Assembly (NCBI GenBank): GCA_036649855.1
Contig: JAVWAV010000003.1
Coordinates: 10,286-74,285, forward strand
Length of the DNA stretch: 64,000 bases
Reading direction: 5' to 3'
From: Bacilli bacterium
GTDB lineage: Bacteria; Bacillota_I; Bacilli_A; RFN20; CAG-826
This document shows, piece after piece, positions 19,586-28,900 of this stretch. The position numbers were made by a program, and so were the translations under genes. The notes under the pieces are model-generated. The model was not told the origin of the DNA and did not search any database. It saw only the letters and a list, made by a program, of their open reading frames with translations. The stretch's first letter is position 1, and every line of letters begins with the position of its first letter.

Positions 19586-20677
19586 TTAATTTTGTGTCCA
19601 TTGTGCATACAATGTTGTATCTGCTGTAACTGTTATTGTTTCTTCAGGATTATAATCTGTTCCTGTTCCATCAGCAAGAGTATTCCATTTACTAAATGTA
19701 TATCCCTCTATTAAAAATGCGTTTGTTGCAACTGATGTAGAATAACCACTTCCTAAAACTACGCTTGACATTGTTCCTGTTGCAGTTGTTCCTTGTGGAG
19801 CATTAGAATCATATGTCAATGTTCTAGCATCTACACTTGTTGCAGTTACTGCAATATTTGCATTAGCATTCGAGGTTATTTGAATTGTATCAGATTCTAA
19901 TCCCACATTTGTGGTATCATCACCTATTGTAACTGCATCTATACATTTTCCTTGAATTGCAGTTAGTATTACATTTACTGTTGCACCTTTAGAGATAACA
20001 TCAGTTCCTGGTGTTATTGTATTGCCTGCCCCATCTGTAAATCTCACTGTAACTGTTTCGTCTTCGTTAATATAAGAAATATTATACTTAGAAACATCAA
20101 CTGCTGTTATAGAAATGTCCTCTGTTGTGTGGTCTTCATACGCGATAGTTCTTGAAATTGTTGTTCCGATAGCATCTTCTGCAGCAACCCACCATGCTAT
20201 ATCTCCTGCTTCACCACCTAAATTAGTTGCTTCATCAACATCTGCTTGTGTCAATGGAGTTCCTTCCCATTTCATTCCAATAATTGATTTAAAATTTGTA
20301 TGAATAAGCATACATACATATTTTTTAGTTAATCCAGTTGCTGGAGATGTTAATGTATTCAATTTATCTAAATCTACATGGATAGTACAAGCATTACCTA
20401 CTTGTGTAACAGTCTTAATATTACTTTGGTTTGCTAAGAATTTCTCTAGTATTTCTGGTGTTATTGATGTGTCAGTATATTCTGTTGACTTTTCAAATAT
20501 GAAATCAGAATCTGTAAACTTTTGAAATTCTCTACCCATCCTTGCTAAAACTCTACAAAACTCTATAGGTGCTTTTATTGCAAATCCATCTGCATCTTCT
20601 TGTATTATTTTAAATTCACCACCCATTCTGTCTAATATTCTTGCATATTCTTTTGGAACTTTAATTAAATTATCCAT
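19586..20677 (-). CDS. virion surface/decoration-like protein with C-terminal Listeria-Bacteroides repeat (Flg_new) domain
   Basis: The C-terminus GYTFSKWNTLADGTGTDYNPEETITVTADTTLYAQW is the Flg_new signature. There is an N-terminal tandem repeat VPKEYARILDRMGGEF / APIEFCRVLARMGREF. Confidence 0.55.
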   Translation of the reverse strand: MDNLIKVPKEYARILDRMGGEFKIIQEDADGFAIKAPIEFCRVLARMGREFQKFTDSDFIFEKSTEYTDTSITPEILEKFLANQSNIKTVTQVGNACTIHVDLDKLNTLTSPATGLTKKYVCMLIHTNFKSIIGMKWEGTPLTQADVDEATNLGGEAGDIAWWVAAEDAIGTTISRTIAYEDHTTEDISITAVDVSKYNISYINEDETVTVRFTDGAGNTITPGTDVISKGATVNVILTAIQGKCIDAVTIGDDTTNVGLESDTIQITSNANANIAVTATSVDARTLTYDSNAPQGTTATGTMSSVVLGSGYSTSVATNAFLIEGYTFSKWNTLADGTGTDYNPEETITVTADTTLYAQWTQN

Positions 20678-20720
20678 CTATATTGTCCTCCTTATTAATT
20701 ATAACTTAATAATTTACATA

Positions 20721-22394
20721 TTATTTTCTTTTCTTCGAGTCTCTTAGTGCTGCTCTAATTATATTTTCTTTAATCTCGTTGTAATCGTCCTGTTTTATCT
20801 CTTTCTTTATAGGTTTGACAGTGGTTTCTATTTCTTCTGGTTGTTGTTCGAATTCCTCATTAAAGTCCTCTGTAAGACTGTTTTCGTCCTCTCCTGGACT
20901 CTCTGCTGCTAATTTATCTGCTTGTTTTGCTTTATCTTCATCTAACTTAGATATTTTAGTTCCAAATCCTGTTTTCTTTACTGCTGATTGAATTTCTTGT
21001 AATGCTGTTTCATGTGTTATTAATTCATTATCTAATAATGTTGATATATTATTTACTAAATTTGTTAAATAACTTTGTCTGTTTTCATCTGTATCATCAA
21101 GCATACTTACAAATTCGTAAGATAAATCTTGAGGAACTTCTAATCCACAACATTTAAATATTACAGGGAGTAATTTATCTAAAACAGGTCTAATTTCTTC
21201 ATCCTGCTTGCCTTGAATGTTATTGTCATATATTTTTAATTCAATAGGTTTATCTCCATTAAGTCCTGCTCTATTTGTTCCAAATAATATTACTTCTGGC
21301 ATTTCTGCTGCACCTGAAACAATATCCTTTTGACCTGTTAAGATATCTGACAATCCACTGAATGAATATTCTTGTTTTTCGTATTCATCTTGCTTATCCA
21401 TAAATACTAATTTATTTGAAGTTCTATAATTATTTAATGCTGCCATTTGTGCTGCAAACATTTGAGATGATTGAGGATTTCCAGCACTTAATCCACTCAT
21501 AGTATTTCGCATTCCGTCTAATTTTACAATTTCTAGTAATGCTTTATTTAATAAGGATGCTATTGCATTTTTAGTATTCTCATGATTCATTAAATCTTGC
21601 AAAACATGCTCTAATTCACTTATTCCCCAACCTTGTAATCTTTGTTCTGTAATTCTAGGAGATTTTCTATTTGTAAATCTCAATACTCTTGAATAATGAA
21701 CTTTTTGTGCTGAGTCTTCTGTTCCATCTATAAAAAATGAATAATATTTTGGTAATCCAAATTCTGCACTTCTATAGTCTGTTACAACTTCACTTGACCA
21801 ACTTAATCCATACCACCTATCTGTTGTTAAGAAATTAATCTTAGAACCTGCCTTTATGTTTTTAAGTTTCAATGGTTTAGACAAATCTTCTTCTCCGTCA
21901 TCAACCATTATCAAAGATGCTGCTCCACCGAATATTCTTGCTTGTTTTGTAGCATATATTAATCTACTCTTTAATCTGTTATATAATGTGTAAATCTTAG
22001 TTAAGTCTGCATCAACTAGCGAGTCACAATTAATATCTATACCATTTGACCACATATCTCTTGCTGGAATATCTACTATTTTTCTAAATACCCAACAACC
22101 ATTATATATCGCCATTAATTCATTTCTTCTAAATGTTATAAGATCATTATCGAAATATGCTCCATTAAGCATAACATTAGATACACCTGTTTGCATTTCT
22201 GGATTATTAAATGAGCCATCTTTAATTCTTCTTGATCCAAATCCTTCTTGAACTGCAGAATCAAATAATCTTGCTTTTTCTCCTATACTTTTAGAATCCT
22301 GAGAAGAACCTATAAATGCAGATACTCCAACATTATCGTTATTTGACTTAAAACTTCCATCTATAAATGATTGTAATGTTGTATCATAATTCAT
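20721..22394 (-). CDS. portal protein (DUF1073-like)
   Basis: 557 aa with an acidic C-terminus; the N-terminal region is typical of DUF1073 portals. Confidence 0.75.
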   Translation of the reverse strand: MNYDTTLQSFIDGSFKSNNDNVGVSAFIGSSQDSKSIGEKARLFDSAVQEGFGSRRIKDGSFNNPEMQTGVSNVMLNGAYFDNDLITFRRNELMAIYNGCWVFRKIVDIPARDMWSNGIDINCDSLVDADLTKIYTLYNRLKSRLIYATKQARIFGGAASLIMVDDGEEDLSKPLKLKNIKAGSKINFLTTDRWYGLSWSSEVVTDYRSAEFGLPKYYSFFIDGTEDSAQKVHYSRVLRFTNRKSPRITEQRLQGWGISELEHVLQDLMNHENTKNAIASLLNKALLEIVKLDGMRNTMSGLSAGNPQSSQMFAAQMAALNNYRTSNKLVFMDKQDEYEKQEYSFSGLSDILTGQKDIVSGAAEMPEVILFGTNRAGLNGDKPIELKIYDNNIQGKQDEEIRPVLDKLLPVIFKCCGLEVPQDLSYEFVSMLDDTDENRQSYLTNLVNNISTLLDNELITHETALQEIQSAVKKTGFGTKISKLDEDKAKQADKLAAESPGEDENSLTEDFNEEFEQQPEEIETTVKPIKKEIKQDDYNEIKENIIRAALRDSKKRK

Positions 22395-22402
22395 TTATTG
22401 TT

Positions 22403-22741
22403 CTACCTCCTATTTGTTATGTCTGAATTCCTTTTTGCTATACTAGTAATTTCTGAACCTATACCAATTAAATCTGCTCCAATGACTCCTAATGTCTTTA
22501 GAGAACTTTCTAAAACAGAAGGATTTCTTGAAGTTTGTAACATTTTCTTTTGCTCAAGAATGTTTAATGCTATCCCTCCAAGAATTCCTGCTAAATCTCC
22601 CACTCCATCTTGAATATCACTTTCAAATATAGAATCTTTATTCTCTAGATATACTTTTAATTTTGCTATTGCTGCATCTTCACATTCTGCTCTTACTTTA
22701 TAACATTTTTCTTTATATTTTACTTTATAAAAACTATACAT
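22403..22741 (-). CDS. small protein with N-terminal shared module and G-rich hydrophobic C-terminal half
   Basis: Start placed at the ATG at 22741 (MYSFYKVKYKEKCYKVRAECEDAAIAKLK), directly after the stop of the upstream small ORF. Confidence 0.55.
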   Translation of the reverse strand: MYSFYKVKYKEKCYKVRAECEDAAIAKLKVYLENKDSIFESDIQDGVGDLAGILGGIALNILEQKKMLQTSRNPSVLESSLKTLGVIGADLIGIGSEITSIAKRNSDITNRR

Positions 22742-22742
22742 A

Positions 22743-22904
22743 TTATTCTCCAATCTTTCCACTTTCTGTAGTGATTGAGGTGATAGCAACTTTAGTAGCA
22801 GGAATTTCTATTTCAGTTATCGCATTTGATAACTCGATACTTTCTGTAGATGTTGTTATACCTGCTACTTTCATTTTTGCTATTCTGAATTCTGGATTAA
22901 TCAT
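22743..22904 (-). CDS. hypothetical small protein (53 aa, below the ORF-track cutoff)
   Basis: AGGAGG RBS, then ATG at 22904 (MINPEFRIAKMKVAGITT...); fills the gap after the sheath-like gene. Confidence 0.45.
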   Translation of the reverse strand: MINPEFRIAKMKVAGITTSTESIELSNAITEIEIPATKVAITSITTESGKIGE

Positions 22905-22915
22905 TTATAATCCTC

Positions 22916-24094
22916 CTATCTTACTTCACCTGTAATCTCGACAACTCTTGCACCATCTTGTGTTTCTAGTATAACATAAATAGGAGTAAATTTTCTTGCC
23001 TGTTTATCTGCTACTGAAATATTTGATACTGGAACAGAGAATACATAAAATCCTTGTGGCAATGTTTCTCCTGACTTAATTACATTATATTTTACACCAT
23101 TATATGTGATTGACAAGTCTTCTCCACTATACTGTGCTACAAGATTTAAATATCCATTAGTTTTATATCTTTGTAATTGACTATTTATTGCTGCCTTAAT
23201 GTTACTGATTCCTTGTTCTGTCAAGTATTGTTTTCCTAACATCCTTTGTAGCACTGAATATGTTATATCTCTTTCAACTGCGATTGCACCGAAATCTGTA
23301 TGAATTGATATATTTTCTATTGTTGCTAGGTTTCCACCTAGGTTTACAACTTGACTTCCTACTGAGTCAATTAAGTTATAATATCCTTCATCATTTGGAT
23401 TATTTACTAAATTATTAAAGACTGATTGTGTTACATCTTCAGAAGCACTATCTTCTGTTATACCTGTTAAATTTTCACTTGTGAAAGCATAATCTTTAAT
23501 TGTATCCGTTCCATCCAAATTTATTTGTGAAAAATATGCACCAACTAATAGTGCTGCATCAATTAACACTGTATTATATGTTTTTGTGCAATATTTTATT
23601 ATTGCCATTGCATCTGTCATACTATTATCTTCCAAAAATGTTGTTGAATTTGTAGTCAACAGTAATCTTACTTTTTCTGGAGATGTTGTCTCATTACAAT
23701 ATTCTGAAATTGATTGTAAAACTTCTGATGTATAACCTGATACTCCAATTAATTGATTAGAAATTGCAACATAAATAAAATCATCTGATATATTTCTACA
23801 CTCTCCTATAAGAGTTGTAAAAGAAGCAAGAGTGTATGTTTGAGGACTAACTACAAGTAATTTAGAACCTCCGTTGTAAAAATAATTTTTCATACTTACA
23901 ACTGCTGCATCATTTCCAGATACTTGTGTATCAATTTGTGCTACATCTGTAATTAACAATTTTGAAACAGATGCTGCTGATTCATCCACCAAAGTTACTG
24001 GTGCAAAGTATACTGTTGTTTCAAAGTCTCCTAAAACTTTTCCAGAACTCTTAATATCAAAATCAACTGTTACTATATTTCTTACTGATATCAT
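22916..24094 (-). CDS. tail sheath-like protein (DUF3383-like)
   Basis: 392 aa, with N- and C-terminal beta-rich ends resembling small sheath proteins. It is paired with a 146-aa tube-like gene. Confidence 0.5.
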   Translation of the reverse strand: MISVRNIVTVDFDIKSSGKVLGDFETTVYFAPVTLVDESAASVSKLLITDVAQIDTQVSGNDAAVVSMKNYFYNGGSKLLVVSPQTYTLASFTTLIGECRNISDDFIYVAISNQLIGVSGYTSEVLQSISEYCNETTSPEKVRLLLTTNSTTFLEDNSMTDAMAIIKYCTKTYNTVLIDAALLVGAYFSQINLDGTDTIKDYAFTSENLTGITEDSASEDVTQSVFNNLVNNPNDEGYYNLIDSVGSQVVNLGGNLATIENISIHTDFGAIAVERDITYSVLQRMLGKQYLTEQGISNIKAAINSQLQRYKTNGYLNLVAQYSGEDLSITYNGVKYNVIKSGETLPQGFYVFSVPVSNISVADKQARKFTPIYVILETQDGARVVEITGEVR

Positions 24095-24108
24095 TTTCTA
24101 TATTCCTC

Positions 24109-24549
24109 CTATACATTCTTCTCTTCTGAGATAATTTCACCTGAAACAAATTCAAATTCTCTTGTTCCTGCTGTCTCACCTACAGTATTTGCTGGAATTC
24201 TTACTGGTAGACATCCATTACATGTTGCTGCAATATTTCCAAGTGAATCTGTTATTGTGATTTTGGATAATGCCAATGATGGATTTGCCCTTGCCCACAA
24301 ACAAAATTCAGTAAGTTCTGCAATATGAAAAGATGTTTGCTTAAATAATACTTTTACTTTTCCTTGTTTTGAACCATTGAAGTTTCCAACATATCCACCA
24401 TCTGGAGAAGAATCCATTGAATACATATCCTTTTCGTATTCATACCCTACTGAACCTAGTAACTTTCCTGCTCCTCCAATTGTAATCATTGGATGATTGT
24501 CGTTCTCGATTACTACTGTTACTGTGGTTAAACTAAATACTTTTGCCAT
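24109..24549 (-). CDS. tail tube-like protein (DUF3277-like)
   Basis: 146 aa, adjacent to the sheath-like gene. Confidence 0.45.
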   Translation of the reverse strand: MAKVFSLTTVTVVIENDNHPMITIGGAGKLLGSVGYEYEKDMYSMDSSPDGGYVGNFNGSKQGKVKVLFKQTSFHIAELTEFCLWARANPSLALSKITITDSLGNIAATCNGCLPVRIPANTVGETAGTREFEFVSGEIISEEKNV

Positions 24550-24562
24550 TTTAATATTCCTC

Positions 24563-25276
24563 CTACATCTTTATAGAATTAAATTCTTTTTCTGCCTCTT
24601 GAACATACTTGCTTATTGCATTTGTATACTGAGGTAAACCTGCTACTGATTTCTTTCTTTCCGATAAAAGTCTTTTAAAATCTTCTGCTAATCTTTCTGC
24701 TCTACTTTTATCACCTTTTGATAACGAGTCTTTTATCCAACGAATATAATCAAATAAATCTTCTATACCTATTGCGATAATGTTTGTTCCTGGAACTGCT
24801 ATGTCTATTCCATAATCTTTTATTGCTGAATCATGTATACCTAATTTTCTTTTCATATCTAATATGAGACCATACATTCCTGCTATAGCAGTAGAACTCT
24901 TCACTTCATCATAATGTTGTTCAAAGAATTTAATTGCTTCTTGAAGTTCTTTTTCATTTCTTGCTGCTCTCATTTTATTTCTAATATCATCAGCAATGTT
25001 ATCATTTATTGCTGAATCATTATATGATTGTGCAAATTTTTCATATTCACCTTTATTGTATAGAACTTTTTCTAATGGAATACCTGTCTTCTTGCAATAT
25101 TCATCGATTGCCTTCCATTTCTTTTCTCCCATCTCTCTTCTTATGTCATCAAATTCTGACATGATTGAATCTGCAAGTTTTCTTGTTTTCGCATTCTTTA
25201 ATTTCTTAACTGCTTCTACTTCTGAACTAGCATCTACAAGAAATAATTTATTTTCTGACTTTACTTTATATTTCAT
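24563..25276 (-). CDS. head-module protein of unknown function with N-terminal shared module
   Basis: N-terminus MKYKVKSENKLFLVDASSEVEAVKKLKNA; contains a DSAIKD motif. Confidence 0.6.
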   Translation of the reverse strand: MKYKVKSENKLFLVDASSEVEAVKKLKNAKTRKLADSIMSEFDDIRREMGEKKWKAIDEYCKKTGIPLEKVLYNKGEYEKFAQSYNDSAINDNIADDIRNKMRAARNEKELQEAIKFFEQHYDEVKSSTAIAGMYGLILDMKRKLGIHDSAIKDYGIDIAVPGTNIIAIGIEDLFDYIRWIKDSLSKGDKSRAERLAEDFKRLLSERKKSVAGLPQYTNAISKYVQEAEKEFNSIKM

Positions 25277-25282
25277 TTTGTT

Positions 25283-25612
25283 TTATATCTCCTTATCAAT
25301 TTTTACCATACTTCCTATTAATTTAGATTGTTCTACTCCTGTGGTAACTAGTGACTCTATTATTTTATGTGTTCTATTGTATGCACTATCCCAATCTAAA
25401 TCTTTTGAAAATCTTCTAATTTCTGAAACATTTTTCTCTAATTCTTTAGATAATTTTAACAAAGAATTTATAGCATTGTTTACTATTTCTGTATTTATAT
25501 CATTTGGTAATTGTCCAAATTTATGTCTAGCAATACTTGCTGCATTTTCTAAATTCAATGCTTCAATTACTTCAATTGTTCCATCTGCCTTTGTTACTCT
25601 AAATTTCTTCAT
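25283..25612 (-). CDS. small protein with N-terminal shared module
   Basis: MKKFRVTKADGTIEVIEALNLENAASIARHKF. The start is moved to the ATG at 25612, which has GGAG 8 nt upstream. Confidence 0.55.
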   Translation of the reverse strand: MKKFRVTKADGTIEVIEALNLENAASIARHKFGQLPNDINTEIVNNAINSLLKLSKELEKNVSEIRRFSKDLDWDSAYNRTHKIIESLVTTGVEQSKLIGSMVKIDKEI

Positions 25613-25630
25613 TATATTCTCCAAATTATT

Positions 25631-25849
25631 TTATTCTGCTTCAACATCTTGAATTGTTTCTGTCTTCTCTTCTTTTTGAACTTTCTTTACATTTTTCTTT
25701 GATCTATATGCTTCTACATAATTATTAATCTTTTCTTTAAATAACATTGTATGAGCAATAATTAATGCAATTAGTTCTGTGCCAAGAGTGTATAGTGCCA
25801 ATAAAATGCAAATACCTCCTATAACACCTAATGTAATTAATAATGACAT
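25631..25849 (-). CDS. small two-helix membrane protein
   Basis: 72 aa, hydrophobic N-terminal 40 aa, charged tail. Confidence 0.55.
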   Translation of the reverse strand: MSLLITLGVIGGICILLALYTLGTELIALIIAHTMLFKEKINNYVEAYRSKKNVKKVQKEEKTETIQDVEAE

Positions 25850-25867
25850 ATTCTCCGTGCCTCCTCT

Positions 25868-25903
25868 CTAATTAGTATAACTTTTAGTTAATAAATAAAT
25901 TGT
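25868..25903 (-). promoter_or_regulatory. candidate phage promoter (motif copy 2)
   Basis: The minus strand reads GACAAT-N16-AGTTATACTAATTAG, then GAGGAGG and ATG. Confidence 0.45.
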
Positions 25904-25909
25904 CTTGTT

Positions 25910-28900
25910 TTAATACCATTGTTGTGAATATCCTTTAACATAAGTTACAACACATCTTAAACAACCTGCCATACCTTCGTCTAAGGTATTTGTTTGGTCT
26001 ACACCTCTCTCACGACTCTGTTCTGTAATTCTTAATTTAGCAATATCATTTATTGTTTGCTTACATTCTTTAGATACTTTTATTTTTTTCTTAAATAATC
26101 CTGTCTTCATTATATTTATCGATACATCTCTATCTCTTTCATCATATTTTATAACATTGTAAACATTTGTTAATAACATTGATAATCTATTTTGTGGAGA
26201 AGTATCTAGTATTGTGTTTCCTGGTAAAACTTCATTTCTGCTGAATTCTTCGAATGCCTGTATTCCTCTGAATACTCTTTCTCCTACTACAATAAATTCA
26301 TCTGTAAAATTATCTTGCATTATTTCTGTTACTTTTATTATCTCTCCAGATACTGTTGCTCCATAAATTAAGAAATTAGTTTTATTTATTTCTTCACTGC
26401 TTATAATATTTTGAGAACTGAATGCACCTGTATATACTCCGAGTTGTCTCTGAGTGAAATGATATATAACTAATTGTGCAAAAGCATCTGTAATATCATC
26501 ATGAGCAATTAATGGAAATTTCTTTAATTGCTGAATTAAATACATAACTTTATCTGTTCTAGCAAATCTAACTAATCCTTTTTCCATATATACTGATGCT
26601 AATTCTAGTCTCTGCATTTTACTTCGTGTTCCTGGATTAAATGCTACAAGTCCTGCAACATCCTTCGCTAAGTCCTGTATTAATGCTGATCCATTCGCTT
26701 TGTCTTCTACTACTTGAATTATTGAAGGATCTATAATTTGCATTCTTGTAAATAATTCTTTTTCAGCAACATATCCCAAGTGTTCTTCAAATGCGTCTGT
26801 TATTACTAATTCATTATCTTTACTATATGCTTCTGTAAATCCATGATAATCTGATGTTTCTTTATCTTTTACAGGACAGTCATGAGATGCATAATGGAAC
26901 TCTGCTAATGCTGTAAATTCTTCTAATTCTTTATCTTCGATATAATGTATCATATTTTCTTTGATAACATTTAATCTACTCTCTCCTGGATTTTGGTTAT
27001 ACTGTGTTTCAAAATCTTCAGATCCAATTTCCATCTTTAACTGAGTATAATCTCCAAATCTTTCTGCCCATAGTAAATCACCTTTCTTAATTTGCTTAAC
27101 CATTCCAGAACATGGATAAATAAATGTTTGATCATGACTCGCTACTGCTTGTATTTCAGTGTGACTGTAAATTAGTCGAAGTCCTTTATCCTCTGCAATT
27201 AAATCAGAAATATCACCATTTCCAATTCTTTGCATAATATGCCAAATTACACCTGTTGTCTTATTATTAAGACGAGATGGCATTGTTGTTTTGTAATAAT
27301 CTCTTGCATGTAATAATACTGCTCCATCCATTCTTGCATCTGCTACTGATATCAAATCATCGTTAATAATAATATCAGAACCAAATCCTGTAAACTTATC
27401 CATAGCAACTGAGTATGTCTTACCACCATTTCTTAATTCAAGACAATCTGCTGTATTCTTAGATAATCCAAGATTAATCTCATTTCCAAAATAATATTTA
27501 TATTTTTCGCTATTGAATAATTTCTGTTTCTTTATAATCATTTCTCCAGACAAGTTCTTACTGTGAGAAACAGATGTAACTGTAACTGGAGTATTTATAA
27601 TAGTCCATGATGGTCCTAAAATATTCATTATTGTTGAATTATGTGTCTGAATTAATGTTCTACCTGCTAGATACATTCCTCCCTCTACAGTTATACAGTT
27701 TCCTTCTTCTGGAATATCTAATTTATTTATTGATGTGATAGATATTCTTCTCTGTTTTGAAAAAATATTTAATTGTTTTCTTGGTATTCTACATGGTATT
27801 TCAAATGTAGGATTAAACCCAATATAATAACCGTCCTTTTTTGATATAATACCGTCCGCTTTTTGAATAGTTATTGAGGTCTTCCAACCAAATGATGCAA
27901 TCAGTGTTAAGATATCATCTTTTAATCTCTCGGAAGTAGTTATGAAGAAGTACCTGTGCTCATCTTTAATTAGACTGCCATCTGTGTCTATAAGTCCTGC
28001 CAACAAATCAAGTCTTTGTTCTACAGATGCTGTTAAGTACTCTTGAGGTATATGTTTTGTATCTTTATCTTTTGGAAAGCATAGACTTAATTTTTGTAAG
28101 TCTAGTCTCATAATTTTATCGAACTCATATTGAATACTTTTTCCCCACCCGCAGTCGTTTATCCATTTATTATGTATTCTATAATGTTTCTCTACTTCAT
28201 TTATTACTTCCATATCATCTATTCCAGCAGTGATTAATTGATGATTTGTGTTCCCATCTCCCAGCCATGCTCCTAGAACATATGGATTTACAGGTAAGAC
28301 TTTATCTTCCCCTAAAACTGCTGTTCTATTCTCCAAATGAAATCTATAACCATTTCCTCGAACATTTCCCATTTTTGGACTTATTCTTAATTTATTAACA
28401 AGATACTCTGTTTCTACTGTTTTTACTTTATTTGCAAAATTATCATGAACTTTCCACAAATGCTTTGAATTGCACTTAATCGTCTCGCCATTGCTGAATA
28501 CGACCTCTAAATCAGCAACATCTTTAGGATGAACTTTTATAACTTTCACAAATCTTCCGCCATCAGAAATTACCTCATCTCCTACAACTAAATCTCCATG
28601 ATTCTTCCACCCATTTCTTGTCAGAATTGGTGTATTATTTGCTAGGAGTTTCATATGCCGTGGTGCGATGTTCAAGTCGTGGTTACGAGTATGTGTTCCA
28701 TCTGGCAATAAATGATCTCTTACATCACAGTGTCCACCTGATTCTTTTTGTATCTTTTCATATTCTTCATCACTTATCCATTCTCCCCAAATATATTGAG
28801 GTAGAAAATGTTTAATAGAATATTGATAACATTCACATAAATATTGTATCAACCAACAATCACTAAATGGACTGGTCTCATAAGAATCCCACATCTCTTT

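Noticed and set aside
22403-22789. The upstream start (22789) for the 128-aa ORF.
   Set aside because: It would overlap a well-supported 53-aa ORF (22743-22904). The ATG at 22741 follows that ORF's stop and puts the shared module at the exact N-terminus, as in its paralogues.
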